Assembly (NCBI GenBank): GCA_023898525.1
Contig: CP060227.1
Location: 645,836 to 709,835, forward strand
Direction: 5' to 3'
DNA from: Candidatus Nomurabacteria bacterium
GTDB lineage: Bacteria; Patescibacteriota; Minisyncoccia; Phycocordibacterales; UBA918
Length of the DNA: 64,000 nt
Made by a program: the position numbers and the translations under genes. This document shows positions 36,533 to 44,530 of the stretch, in pieces. The first letter of the stretch is position 1. Every line of letters starts with the position of its first letter. The notes under the pieces were generated by a model, which was not told the DNA's origin, made no database searches, and was given only the letters and a program-made list of their open reading frames with translations.

Positions 36533-37084
36533 TCAGGCGGTCGCTACAGATGTGGCTAAAGCCGTCTCTGCCGGAGGTGATACTTTTAAATACTCAATAT
36601 CACTTACAAATAGCCATTTTGCGTTATCTGCACATGAGTTATATAAGCCGAGATCTGGGTATAAGCCTATATCACCTTGACTGTTCCTGTAGAGTAGTAA
36701 TATGGACCCTTTTGTCGTCTTTAAGCCCTCAAGTTTGAAGGTATCACCGTATACAAAGTAGTTCTCATCTTGTAACAGGTATTTCTGCAAGATATCTGAG
36801 TGAACAGAACAGATGGCATACATCAGTCCGTCAGGTAGTTTTTGCAGACTGCATTTCTCTGCCGAGTCAAATACATCTCCTCTATTCGCGATATTATCCT
36901 CAGACAATTTCTTAAGCTCACCAATTGAAAGACACTTAATCGAAACATTGATTATATCGACATTATTAACATTACTTAGCTGAAAAATCTGTTTTTGATT
37001 TTGTAAAGAATCAGCTATTATTACAGGTTGACTTGTAGAACCTACTCCTAAATGAACTGTTATAATTGGCCACATAAAATTCAT
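36533..37084 (-). CDS. hypothetical protein
   Basis: 183-aa ORF downstream (minus strand) of repeat module C; no motif. Confidence 0.45.
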   Translation of the reverse strand: MNFMWPIITVHLGVGSTSQPVIIADSLQNQKQIFQLSNVNNVDIINVSIKCLSIGELKKLSEDNIANRGDVFDSAEKCSLQKLPDGLMYAICSVHSDILQKYLLQDENYFVYGDTFKLEGLKTTKGSILLLYRNSQGDIGLYPDLGLYNSCADNAKWLFVSDIEYLKVSPPAETALATSVATA

Positions 37085-37273
37085 GATCGTTCTCCTTTAA
37101 AATGCTGTTTAAAAAATAAATCTTTAATCACAGCCGTAGGTACTAATTTAAATTGTAAATAAGTAACTGCGGCTGTGATCAATAGTGCACATGGGAACGT
37201 CGATGTCTGATGATTGTGATAAGTTTTAAAGTACACTACTTCTTCCCTATCTGGGCAAGTTTTGGTCCGTCTT

Positions 37274-37376
37274 TGGTTACGGACCGGTGGAAAATTTTTA
37301 AGCTTAAAAATTTTCCACCGGTCAACAATCATAACTAACAAAAAAACCGGCTCTTGGCCGGTTTTTTTGTTAGTTT
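37274..37376. repeat. palindrome + terminator-like hairpin module, copy C (covarying stem)
   Basis: ttacg-gaccggtggaaaatttttaagcttaaaaattttccaccggtc-aacaa (perfect 42-nt palindrome, 37282-37323), then ctaacaaaaaaaccggc-tctt-ggccggtttttttgttag (37336-37374). Confidence 0.7.
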
Positions 37377-37520
37377 ACACTCACTAATTAAAACAACCGA
37401 CCGAGCCGCTCACCAAAAAACCAAAAATATACAAATGTACTCATTGGCTTCATGTTTACATCAGTTATTTTATTAGTCTGCATTGCCTTAAGTATATTCC
37501 CTTTTTAATAAGTGTCAAAT

Positions 37521-38942
37521 TTAGTTTCGTCGGTCTGTTGTTGTTGTTTGGTCTGATGATTCAGTATTCTTAGTACTGGTGCCGGTGTCTTCATCAATTT
37601 CCATCGGTTCTGAACTGGTACTAGTAGTGCTGGTGGTAACTTCAGTCGTTGTAGCCGTATCTGGTAAGCCCGTCTCTTTATCAGCGTTTATGAGTTTAAT
37701 GATTTTGTCTTCATCAGCATCAAGAGCTACCCAAGAATCTTGTAGTAGAGCGTGAATTTCATGAATTGATGATTCAGCTTCACCTAAGTCATACTCTTCA
37801 GATTCAGGATTCAAGTTGAGTGTGTCTAGCTTTTCTTCACTTTCCCTTACTACCTGACTAATTTTATCATTTATTTCTAGTGAATCACTCGTTTCCAAGG
37901 CTTTATTTATGTAAAGGATAAGTCTTTCACTTTCCTTGACCAAGGTTTGTACTTGCTCACGCCTTTCTTCTTCGGTAAGGGTTACAGGTACGATCTCATC
38001 TACGGTCAGAGTTTCTCTAACGTCAATATTGGTCATAAAGACAATCAGCTTCTGTATCTTCTGTAGCGTTTCAACTAGCCCTTCCCTAGTTTCAGTGGTG
38101 GCAGATTCTGGATCTTGGATCAAGGTTGCGGTTTTCCGTTCAATATCTTCTAATCGTCTTTTTATATCAGCTTTTTCTTCGTCAGTAGCATTTTCTTCAA
38201 TATTATTTAAAAGCTCATAAGCTCGTGTCGTTTCACTTTCTACCCTACCTATCAAGCGCTCATATGATGGTAATTCTTCTGACTCAGAAAGATGCGACAT
38301 AGCTAGAACATCTACAATCTTGTCGGTGTTATTTTTGGGTGTAGTGCTGGCTTTTTGAGTACTTTTCAGTGAAGTGGATTGGATATCCAGAGTAGTGTCT
38401 AGTTGAATGGTGGCTAAAATAGCTGCTTCTTCATCGGTTTGTTTTATGTTCTCTATTTCCTTTCTGGCGTTTTCGCTGTGTACACGAACCGCTTCTGCAA
38501 CACTTTCTTCAATTTCTTCAGTCATCTTTCCCTCACTAGCCAGCAGTCTTGCTTCGGCAATACGGCGGTTTAGACGCTCTGTTTCCCAAACAACCTTATC
38601 GTAAGAGCTTCTAGCTAAAGTGCCACGGACTTCTTCGTTAAGATTTACTTTGACTGAGTACAAAACATCACCTGGCACAGCTCTCTCAGCTACATATGGT
38701 ATAACCAAAACTAGGGTTGCCATCACTGCTCCAGACCATTGTAAAAACTTCCACTTATGAATATGTAAAGTCTTTACAACCATGTCTTGAGCAACATTTT
38801 CGGAAGAAATAACAGTATTTGTCTTAGGTAATGGATGGTATTCCATATACGAAACCAACCGCTCACGCAGCTCACGCTTTTCACCCTCTTTCATTTTGAG
38901 TGAGTCGGCTTTCTTATTTAATTGTTCGCTAAAGCGTTTCAT
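37521..38942 (-). CDS. putative anti-sigma factor-like membrane protein with long coiled-coil, Thr-rich extracytoplasmic region
   Basis: Directly downstream of, and 2 nt from, the ECF sigma gene; cytoplasmic N-terminus, single TM (WSGAVMATLVLVIPYVAE), long coiled-coil, Thr-rich C-terminus. Confidence 0.5.
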   Translation of the reverse strand: MKRFSEQLNKKADSLKMKEGEKRELRERLVSYMEYHPLPKTNTVISSENVAQDMVVKTLHIHKWKFLQWSGAVMATLVLVIPYVAERAVPGDVLYSVKVNLNEEVRGTLARSSYDKVVWETERLNRRIAEARLLASEGKMTEEIEESVAEAVRVHSENARKEIENIKQTDEEAAILATIQLDTTLDIQSTSLKSTQKASTTPKNNTDKIVDVLAMSHLSESEELPSYERLIGRVESETTRAYELLNNIEENATDEEKADIKRRLEDIERKTATLIQDPESATTETREGLVETLQKIQKLIVFMTNIDVRETLTVDEIVPVTLTEEERREQVQTLVKESERLILYINKALETSDSLEINDKISQVVRESEEKLDTLNLNPESEEYDLGEAESSIHEIHALLQDSWVALDADEDKIIKLINADKETGLPDTATTTEVTTSTTSTSSEPMEIDEDTGTSTKNTESSDQTTTTDRRN

Positions 38943-38943
38943 T

Positions 38944-39537
38944 TTATTTTTTTCCTTTTTTTATTACCTCACTTTTTTCTTCCATCTTATCTCTCAACAT
39001 CTTTAGCCCACGATGCAGTCGGACAGAAACCACATTTTCTGATTCTTCAATCAACTCACTTATCTCTTTTGGACCTAACCCATCCACAAACCTAAAGGTT
39101 ATAACTTCTCGGTACGTATCTGGTAATTCAGCAAGCAATTCAAAAGCTTTTCGACCGTCAATTGTTGCTGCCAACGCTTCGGTATTATTTTCGGTCAAGT
39201 CAGCAAACGAACCCTCGTCCACTCCCTCAGCTTCAAATAATGAATCCAGTGATAACTCTTTTTGCTTACGGTATGAGTCAATTATCAAATTATTCAAAAC
39301 TTTATATAAAAATGACCGATAAGCATCTATTTTGTGCCCTGCTCTAATGTATGTCCACACTTTAGTAAAAGTGTCTTGAACAATATCAATCGCTTTTTCA
39401 CGGTTGTTAACACGAATAACAGCGTGGCGAAACAGTGCATCGCTATATTCATCGAAAGCTTTTAAAAAACTATCCTCTTGGCTTTCAGTTATGTCGTCTG
39501 TCTGTTTTCGACCCGCCATATGAAAACCATTATACAA
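38944..39537 (-). CDS. RNA polymerase sigma-70 family (ECF-type) sigma factor
   Basis: Region 2 IVQDTFTKVWTYIRAGHKIDAYRSFLYKVLNNLIIDSYRK and region 4 HTH (EVITFRFVDGLGPKEISELIEESENVVSVRLHRGLKML). Confidence 0.8.
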   Translation of the reverse strand: MYNGFHMAGRKQTDDITESQEDSFLKAFDEYSDALFRHAVIRVNNREKAIDIVQDTFTKVWTYIRAGHKIDAYRSFLYKVLNNLIIDSYRKQKELSLDSLFEAEGVDEGSFADLTENNTEALAATIDGRKAFELLAELPDTYREVITFRFVDGLGPKEISELIEESENVVSVRLHRGLKMLRDKMEEKSEVIKKGKK

Positions 39538-39590
39538 GTAGACGTACCGATACCCTAATTCTTACTGACAACTTGAAAAATGATAAACTC

Positions 39591-40217
39591 TTAGTATTTT
39601 GATCTAATACCTTCTACTAATTCTGGGAATTCTGTTAATAGAAAGTGGTTTTTGTCCTCAAAAGACACAAGATTAGCCTCCTCTAGATGATTTCTGTAGT
39701 TTAAAAACTCCTCATAAGGCACTACGAAATCGTCTTTTGAATGCCATATATTCACCTCCTTAACCTGTTGACTTAAATCGGAGAGTTTGTCCATGTTAAA
39801 TAGAAAACTAGCACAGTCTTCCCCGCTCGAATGAGGCTTGACCTCCCCGCTTGGTGCTCCTAAGATATATAGTGATTTTATTTTGTGGGGAAATTTATTT
39901 TCACTTAGATATTTGGCCAAGAACACCCCTCCGAGTGACCAGCCTACTAAGGTTACCTCATCCCTAATAAACTCAAGATGTCGCTCAAACCATATTTTCC
40001 ACTCCTCATATCTGGCGTTTTGTTTGTTTGGCATGGAAGGTGAAAAAACCTCGAAATCGTCTCCTAAATCTTCAGCTAAAGTGGCCGGCCAAAAGCTTTT
40101 CGTTTCTGCACCAGGCAAATTCCTTATTGGCATTGTACGAAGTGCTTGGAGGAAATCCTCGTGTTTGGAGTATGAGTCACCGCCATGTATGTATAGTACT
40201 TGCTTTTTCATAACCAC
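39591..40217 (-). CDS. alpha/beta-fold serine hydrolase (YdeN/RBBP9-like)
   Basis: GxSxG nucleophile elbow VTLVGWSLGGVF; size and His/Asp placement consistent with small esterases. Confidence 0.65.
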   Translation of the reverse strand: MVMKKQVLYIHGGDSYSKHEDFLQALRTMPIRNLPGAETKSFWPATLAEDLGDDFEVFSPSMPNKQNARYEEWKIWFERHLEFIRDEVTLVGWSLGGVFLAKYLSENKFPHKIKSLYILGAPSGEVKPHSSGEDCASFLFNMDKLSDLSQQVKEVNIWHSKDDFVVPYEEFLNYRNHLEEANLVSFEDKNHFLLTEFPELVEGIRSKY

Positions 40218-41140
40218 TCATTTCTGCGGAACAATATCACTAATGAAATAAGCATAATGGTACTAAATCCTAAGATGATGAAAAACATGCTTGGATTGTC
40301 TTGCATTGGCAATGCAACATTCATACCGTACATTGAGGTTATAACTAGTGGTATGGTCAAAAGAATTGTCAAAACAGTAAGTATTTTTAGGGCGTTATTA
40401 AGACGGCTGGTCATGATGGCCTCAATTGAACCGCGAATATTTTGAATGGTGGTAAGAACTGATCGGGCGGAATTTACCACCTGACTATTGGCTATAACCA
40501 GGTCTTGCATAATCTCTAGATCTTCTTCAAAAAAATGCATGTAACTGTTATTGCCTGTCACCTTCTGTAGCCAGGTGTTGGTCGGGACTAAAGCGTCTAC
40601 CATATTATTGAGGCTACTTTCATATCCTACCAGTCTTTCGATATCCTTTGGTCCAATCCGACTAAGCCTTACACGGTCTTTGTGCACCGCTTTTTGCAGA
40701 CGCTTGAGCTCGCGATCAAAAGAATTAGTAAAAATGCTCATCAAATGTATGAAAAACTTGGTTTTTTGGGTAGTGTGAACTGTCTCATGACCGGAAATTA
40801 TTCGACTAAACTGAGGTACCTCTCGAATATGAATGGTCATGACAAAAGTACTGCCTACTACTATTAGTATAGGTGCGGTAACGTCAACCTGGTTTTGGTT
40901 CTCTGCTCGATACGGATACCTGGTAAAAAAGTAAGTAGCGTTGTCGGTCTTCTCCATTCTAGGTATTTCGTACAAGTCTTTAGCATCAGCCAAAATATCT
41001 TCATCTAGTGAAAACTTCTCTACTAGCTCACTCAACTCATTATCGGTAGGTTCTGATACATTGATCCAGACACCAGAACGTGGCTTATCGATTTGTTTTA
41101 GTGAGTCATCTTTAAGGGTACGGAAATAGTATGTGATCAT
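40208..41140 (-). CDS. corA: CorA-family magnesium/cobalt transporter
   Basis: C-terminal two TMs with signature YGMNV; ends at a TGA stop, overlapping the next gene. Confidence 0.85.
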   Translation of the reverse strand: MITYYFRTLKDDSLKQIDKPRSGVWINVSEPTDNELSELVEKFSLDEDILADAKDLYEIPRMEKTDNATYFFTRYPYRAENQNQVDVTAPILIVVGSTFVMTIHIREVPQFSRIISGHETVHTTQKTKFFIHLMSIFTNSFDRELKRLQKAVHKDRVRLSRIGPKDIERLVGYESSLNNMVDALVPTNTWLQKVTGNNSYMHFFEEDLEIMQDLVIANSQVVNSARSVLTTIQNIRGSIEAIMTSRLNNALKILTVLTILLTIPLVITSMYGMNVALPMQDNPSMFFIILGFSTIMLISLVILFRRNEWL

Positions 41141-41266
41141 CGTCTAATATAATGCCCTATTTAGAGGTATTTGCAAAATAGGTATCTGAATAAAATCTAG
41201 TTTAGAGAACATAAACACTCGCTTTTTTTTAAAATGAGTGTTATTATCATCGCACAAAAAAATAAT

Positions 41267-41302
41267 CGGGGTGTAGCATAGTGGTAGTGTACGCGGTTTG
41301 GG
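41267..41302 (+). repeat. 36-nt exact copy of tRNA-Pro 5' half (positions 1-36, through the anticodon)
   Basis: cggggtgtagcatagtggtagtgtacgcggtttggg, identical to 41407-41442; a further 11-nt copy (cggggtgtaagc) sits in a hairpin at 41337-41366. Confidence 0.8.
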
Positions 41303-41406
41303 GTTCTTTTTTAATTTCATAGCCTTTTTAGTTAAGTCGGGGTGTAAGCAAAAGCTTTCACCCCCGAGCTCGAAACTTAAATGCAGTTTGCGCTTAATTT
41401 CTCGCT

Positions 41407-41477
41407 CGGGGTGTAGCATAGTGGTAGTGTACGCGGTTTGGGACCGTGCGGCCCGGGTTCGATTCCCGGCTCCCCGA
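41407..41477 (+). tRNA. tRNA-Pro (anticodon TGG)
   Basis: CGGGGTG-TA-GCAT-AGTGGTA-GTGT-A-CGCGG-TTTGGGA-CCGTG-CGGC-CCGGG-TTCGATT-CCCGG-CTCCCCG-A; one U-U mismatch in the acceptor stem; anticodon UGG. Confidence 0.75.
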
Positions 41478-41592
41478 CTTAGCCTGAAAGGTTATGAAAT
41501 TAGAAAGGAATTAGTAATAGTAAACAAAAATTAACGTGACTCAAATAAAGAATTTGGGCAGTTCTTTATTTTAGTTTAAAAACAACAAAAAT

Positions 41593-41606
41593 GTTCCACG
41601 TGAAAC
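41593..41606. promoter_or_regulatory. GTTCCACGTGAAAC palindromic motif (copy 1), candidate operator
   Basis: Exact 14-mer repeated at 42147-42160, inverted copy at 41711-41723, CACATG variants at 41617 and 42078; flank the yraN-like gene. Confidence 0.35.
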
Positions 41607-41666
41607 ATATATTTATCGTTACACATGAAACGAAAATAAATATTTATACAATTATAATTGCAGCAA

Positions 41667-42092
41667 TTAATCCAATATAACATTCGGTATATATTTTACC
41701 GTAGAAAACTTTTCACGTGGAACAACTTTTACAGCCACAACATCAATTTGCCAGTCTAAATCACACTTATTTTCTGTTAACCAGGATTCTATAGTTCTAG
41801 CCAGCTTTTTTATCTTAAATTCATGAACATTATCCTCCGGACGCCAAGTTTCATGTGTAACACCAGTTATAAGATCGGATTTTGTTTTATATGAAACCGT
41901 TTTTACCTCAATGAAATGTATTTTATCTGTTCTACGTGTAACAATGTCAATTTCACCCCATTTTTTAAGGTAATTGTATTGAACTACCTTAAATCCTTTG
42001 TTTTCCAGGTATTTACCGGCTAATTTCTCTCCTAAGTAACCTATTTCTTTATTTTTCTGCTTTTTGCTTAGATTCCGTTGCACATGGAACAT
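41667..42092 (-). CDS. yraN: YraN/UPF0102-family endonuclease
   Basis: GYLGEKLAGKYLENKGFKVVQYNYLKKWGEIDIVTRR...IHFIEVKT, the UPF0102 Holliday-junction-resolvase-like signature. Confidence 0.75.
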   Translation of the reverse strand: MFHVQRNLSKKQKNKEIGYLGEKLAGKYLENKGFKVVQYNYLKKWGEIDIVTRRTDKIHFIEVKTVSYKTKSDLITGVTHETWRPEDNVHEFKIKKLARTIESWLTENKCDLDWQIDVVAVKVVPREKFSTVKYIPNVILD

Positions 42093-42146
42093 TATAGCAT
42101 TACTGCAAGTGTAATATTTCGTTTCTTATGGAACAATAATTATAAC

Positions 42147-42160
42147 GTTCCACGTGAAAC
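42147..42160. promoter_or_regulatory. GTTCCACGTGAAAC palindromic motif (copy 2), candidate operator in the yraN upstream region
   Basis: Exact duplicate of 41593-41606, 55 nt upstream of the yraN start codon. Confidence 0.35.
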
Positions 42161-42455
42161 GCTTAATATTTAGAAATAATTGTTACATATATAAAGGACG
42201 TTATTTAAAGCCATATATTGTTTTGTCCTTTATAAAAGACATTGTCCGTTATCCACCTATACACTGTCTTTTCCACAGAAATCGTTGTTATTTATTTGTT
42301 GTCTCGTCAGCAAATACATTTCCACTATTGCGTACAATTGTTGCTTTATTTTCTCTAAAAAATAGTTTATTGTATCAGTAAAGGTCCCCCCCCGATGACA
42401 AGAACCCCTGGGTTCTTCCGCAAGGATAGTCGGGGGGGTCATTGTTTTTATATAT

Positions 42456-43196
42456 TTAATAAAAATACTTTTCTCCGTTTCTAAAAATATCAAACTCACT
42501 CTTAACATTGTGCTTAATCTCGTTGTATGGACGTAATTCATTATCAGTCCATTTCTTTTTCATGGCCCAACAACAATAATCTGCTATTTGGCAATTAACA
42601 TCTGACTTAGTCGAATGAAAATACATGTAGGGAACTAAACCAAAATGTGATTTTATATATTGCTTGATAGACTTAGTGACAAATTCTCTTTTTTTATTAG
42701 GTAACGCTTGATCTAATACTACCACGACCTTTTTTATACCTAAAGATGCTCGAATTTTTAAATATCGGTGACAGACATACTTCAATAAAGTTTCACATAA
42801 TTGTTTATAAAATTTTTCGTGAACCTGTTCAGTTTTAATCTTTAAAAATCCAGTTTTACTACTTTCGGCCATAACTTCTTCATATAAAGTAAAATTGGCT
42901 TTTCTTTTCTCTGCTATAACACTATCTATTTCATAGTCTGGAAGATCTTTAATTTTTTCGTAAAACTTGTTGCGTACCACTTGTGCATCAACAGTGGCGT
43001 GAAAATATTCAATATTATAACCTTCACAAAGAAGTTCATAACGTGCAGAAAGAGGTAAGTCTCGTCTATTTAAAGGATGAATTGTACTAGCTGCGGTCAA
43101 TATAAAAAACTTACTTCCTTTGTTTGAAAAAGTAAAATCACCTGATTCATCAATAAATATATAAAGTATATTATCTTTTTTCTCTTGTTCTGCCAT
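42456..43196 (-). CDS. DUF3800-domain protein
   Basis: N-terminal NILYIFIDESGDF, the DUF3800 hallmark; start set to MAEQEKK (43196). Confidence 0.55.
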   Translation of the reverse strand: MAEQEKKDNILYIFIDESGDFTFSNKGSKFFILTAASTIHPLNRRDLPLSARYELLCEGYNIEYFHATVDAQVVRNKFYEKIKDLPDYEIDSVIAEKRKANFTLYEEVMAESSKTGFLKIKTEQVHEKFYKQLCETLLKYVCHRYLKIRASLGIKKVVVVLDQALPNKKREFVTKSIKQYIKSHFGLVPYMYFHSTKSDVNCQIADYCCWAMKKKWTDNELRPYNEIKHNVKSEFDIFRNGEKYFY

Positions 43197-43460
43197 AAAG
43201 ATTAAAACATTATAGCAGTTTAGTAGCACGCCCCTTAGAACGAAACTTATACAGGGAGAATCGTCCCGGAATAGCGGCTATTTTGTTTCGTTTCACTCAC
43301 AAAATAGACTCGCTTTCCTGGACGGCTTCTCCTCGTTTTGTTCGCTAAGAAAGCTCACAAAACATCGTCCGAAGCTTCGATTCTCCACGTAAAGCATGAA
43401 AATTTTGCTCTGGCCGTACGAACAAAAATGGCGCCAATTGTATCGATGTTTTTATAGAAA

Positions 43461-43608
43461 GAGGGAGAATCGGTCACCTTCGCATCAATATTTTGTTCGT
43501 TCTGCGAACTCCAAAATATTGTGCTACGCGACCTCGTCGTTCCGTTCTGATTCTTCGTACCTCAGAATCAGGCTTCGCACGGAACTCTTTTCGATTCTCC
43601 CTGGCCGC
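43461..43608. repeat. tRNA-Gly(GCC) 3'-end-associated structured element, copy 2
   Basis: Termini agggagaatcg (direct) and cgattctccctggccgc (inverted) match the adjacent tRNA-Gly-GCC 3' end; conserved core with covarying stems relative to 22581-22735. Confidence 0.7.
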
Positions 43609-43620
43609 TACCAACGGCAA

Positions 43621-43650
43621 AGGCCCAGAAAGTATCCACTTTCTGGGCCT
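43621..43650 (-). terminator. hairpin terminator immediately 3' of tRNA-Gly(GCC)
   Basis: aggcccagaaagt-atcc-actttctgggcct. Confidence 0.55.
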
Positions 43651-43659
43651 GCCGATTGG

Positions 43660-43730
43660 TGCGGCCAGGGAGAATCGAACTCCCGACTAATCCTTGGCAA
43701 GGACTCATTATACCACTTAACCATGGCCGC
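43660..43730 (-). tRNA. tRNA-Gly (anticodon GCC)
   Basis: Reverse complement GCGGCCA-TG-GTTA-AGTGGTA-TAAT-G-AGTCC-TTGCCAA-GGATT-AGTC-GGGAG-TTCGATT-CTCCC-TGGCCGC-A; anticodon GCC. Confidence 0.85.
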
Positions 43731-43739
43731 ATTTTATAT

Positions 43740-44420
43740 TTATTTTTGTAGGTCTTTTGAAGCTAACTCAAGCCAATGCATAAGCTTTTTCTTCAAAAGC
43801 GTACTGCCGATTATAGTATTACCAACGCCAAAATGCAACGCCTTTTTACTACCACCGTTAATAAATTGGTTTTTGTAAAATTGACTGACTGATAACTTAA
43901 TCTTTCTACTCCAATGTTTCATCGCTTTTACCTCATCCATATCAGGGTAGAGAAGTAACCAAAATCTAAACGATGATTTTTCTACTCCCAAAAACTCCGT
44001 AGCGAATTTTATAAAAATACTATGCAGTTCAGTTTGGCCAGTGGTAAGGCGGATAAGGTTCTTGTGTTTCATATCACCCTCACACCTATAGAGCATTAGG
44101 CCAGAGACAAACAACGGGGAATTAAGGTAATGCTTATACTCAGTCTCTGCCAAACGCAAAATCTCCTTATATTGAGCCGTTCTTTCGGCATTTCGTGCTT
44201 TGTTTACCAGCTTTATTCTTCCTACATTATCTTTATACGCTCTATCTAGATTAGTCTTGGCTATACGTTTAGAAAACCCTTCATCTTTAAGCCAATTTGA
44301 GACCGTGCCACGCGAAACATCACAGATCTTAGCAATTTCGGTGTAAGTAAAACCACGTTTTCTAAAAGCTATAGCTTGTTCATATGCTTCTTTTTTATAA
44401 GTTACGCGTGAATTTACCAT
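43740..44420 (-). CDS. hypothetical protein with N-terminal helix-turn-helix
   Basis: GFTYTEIAKICDVSRGTVSNWLKDEG resembles a sigma-70 region-4/Sin-type HTH; the rest unassigned. Confidence 0.45.
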   Translation of the reverse strand: MVNSRVTYKKEAYEQAIAFRKRGFTYTEIAKICDVSRGTVSNWLKDEGFSKRIAKTNLDRAYKDNVGRIKLVNKARNAERTAQYKEILRLAETEYKHYLNSPLFVSGLMLYRCEGDMKHKNLIRLTTGQTELHSIFIKFATEFLGVEKSSFRFWLLLYPDMDEVKAMKHWSRKIKLSVSQFYKNQFINGGSKKALHFGVGNTIIGSTLLKKKLMHWLELASKDLQK

Positions 44421-44487
44421 ACCAAAGTTTGTATATTATATACTACTACAGTTGTTCATTTTTAGGTTATAAACAATGCATCCAAAC

Positions 44488-44522
44488 AAAAAACCTCCCT
44501 ACACGAGTTTTCGTGAGGGAGG
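44488..44522 (-). terminator. intrinsic terminator after the 313-aa gene
   Basis: aaaaacctccctcacga-gttt-tcgtgagggaggtt. Confidence 0.6.
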
Positions 44523-44530
44523 TTGTAATA

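Noticed and set aside
34560-37400. CRISPR array possibility for the repeated palindromes
   Set aside because: There are only three copies, spaced 560 and 2140 bp apart, each over 100 bp with internal hairpins and no regular repeat-spacer periodicity. No cas genes are in the window.
41303-41406. Intron (group I or other) splitting tRNA-Pro
   Set aside because: The downstream tRNA-Pro is complete and uninterrupted. The intervening 104 nt is far too short for a group I intron, and the upstream piece duplicates the 5' half rather than complementing it.
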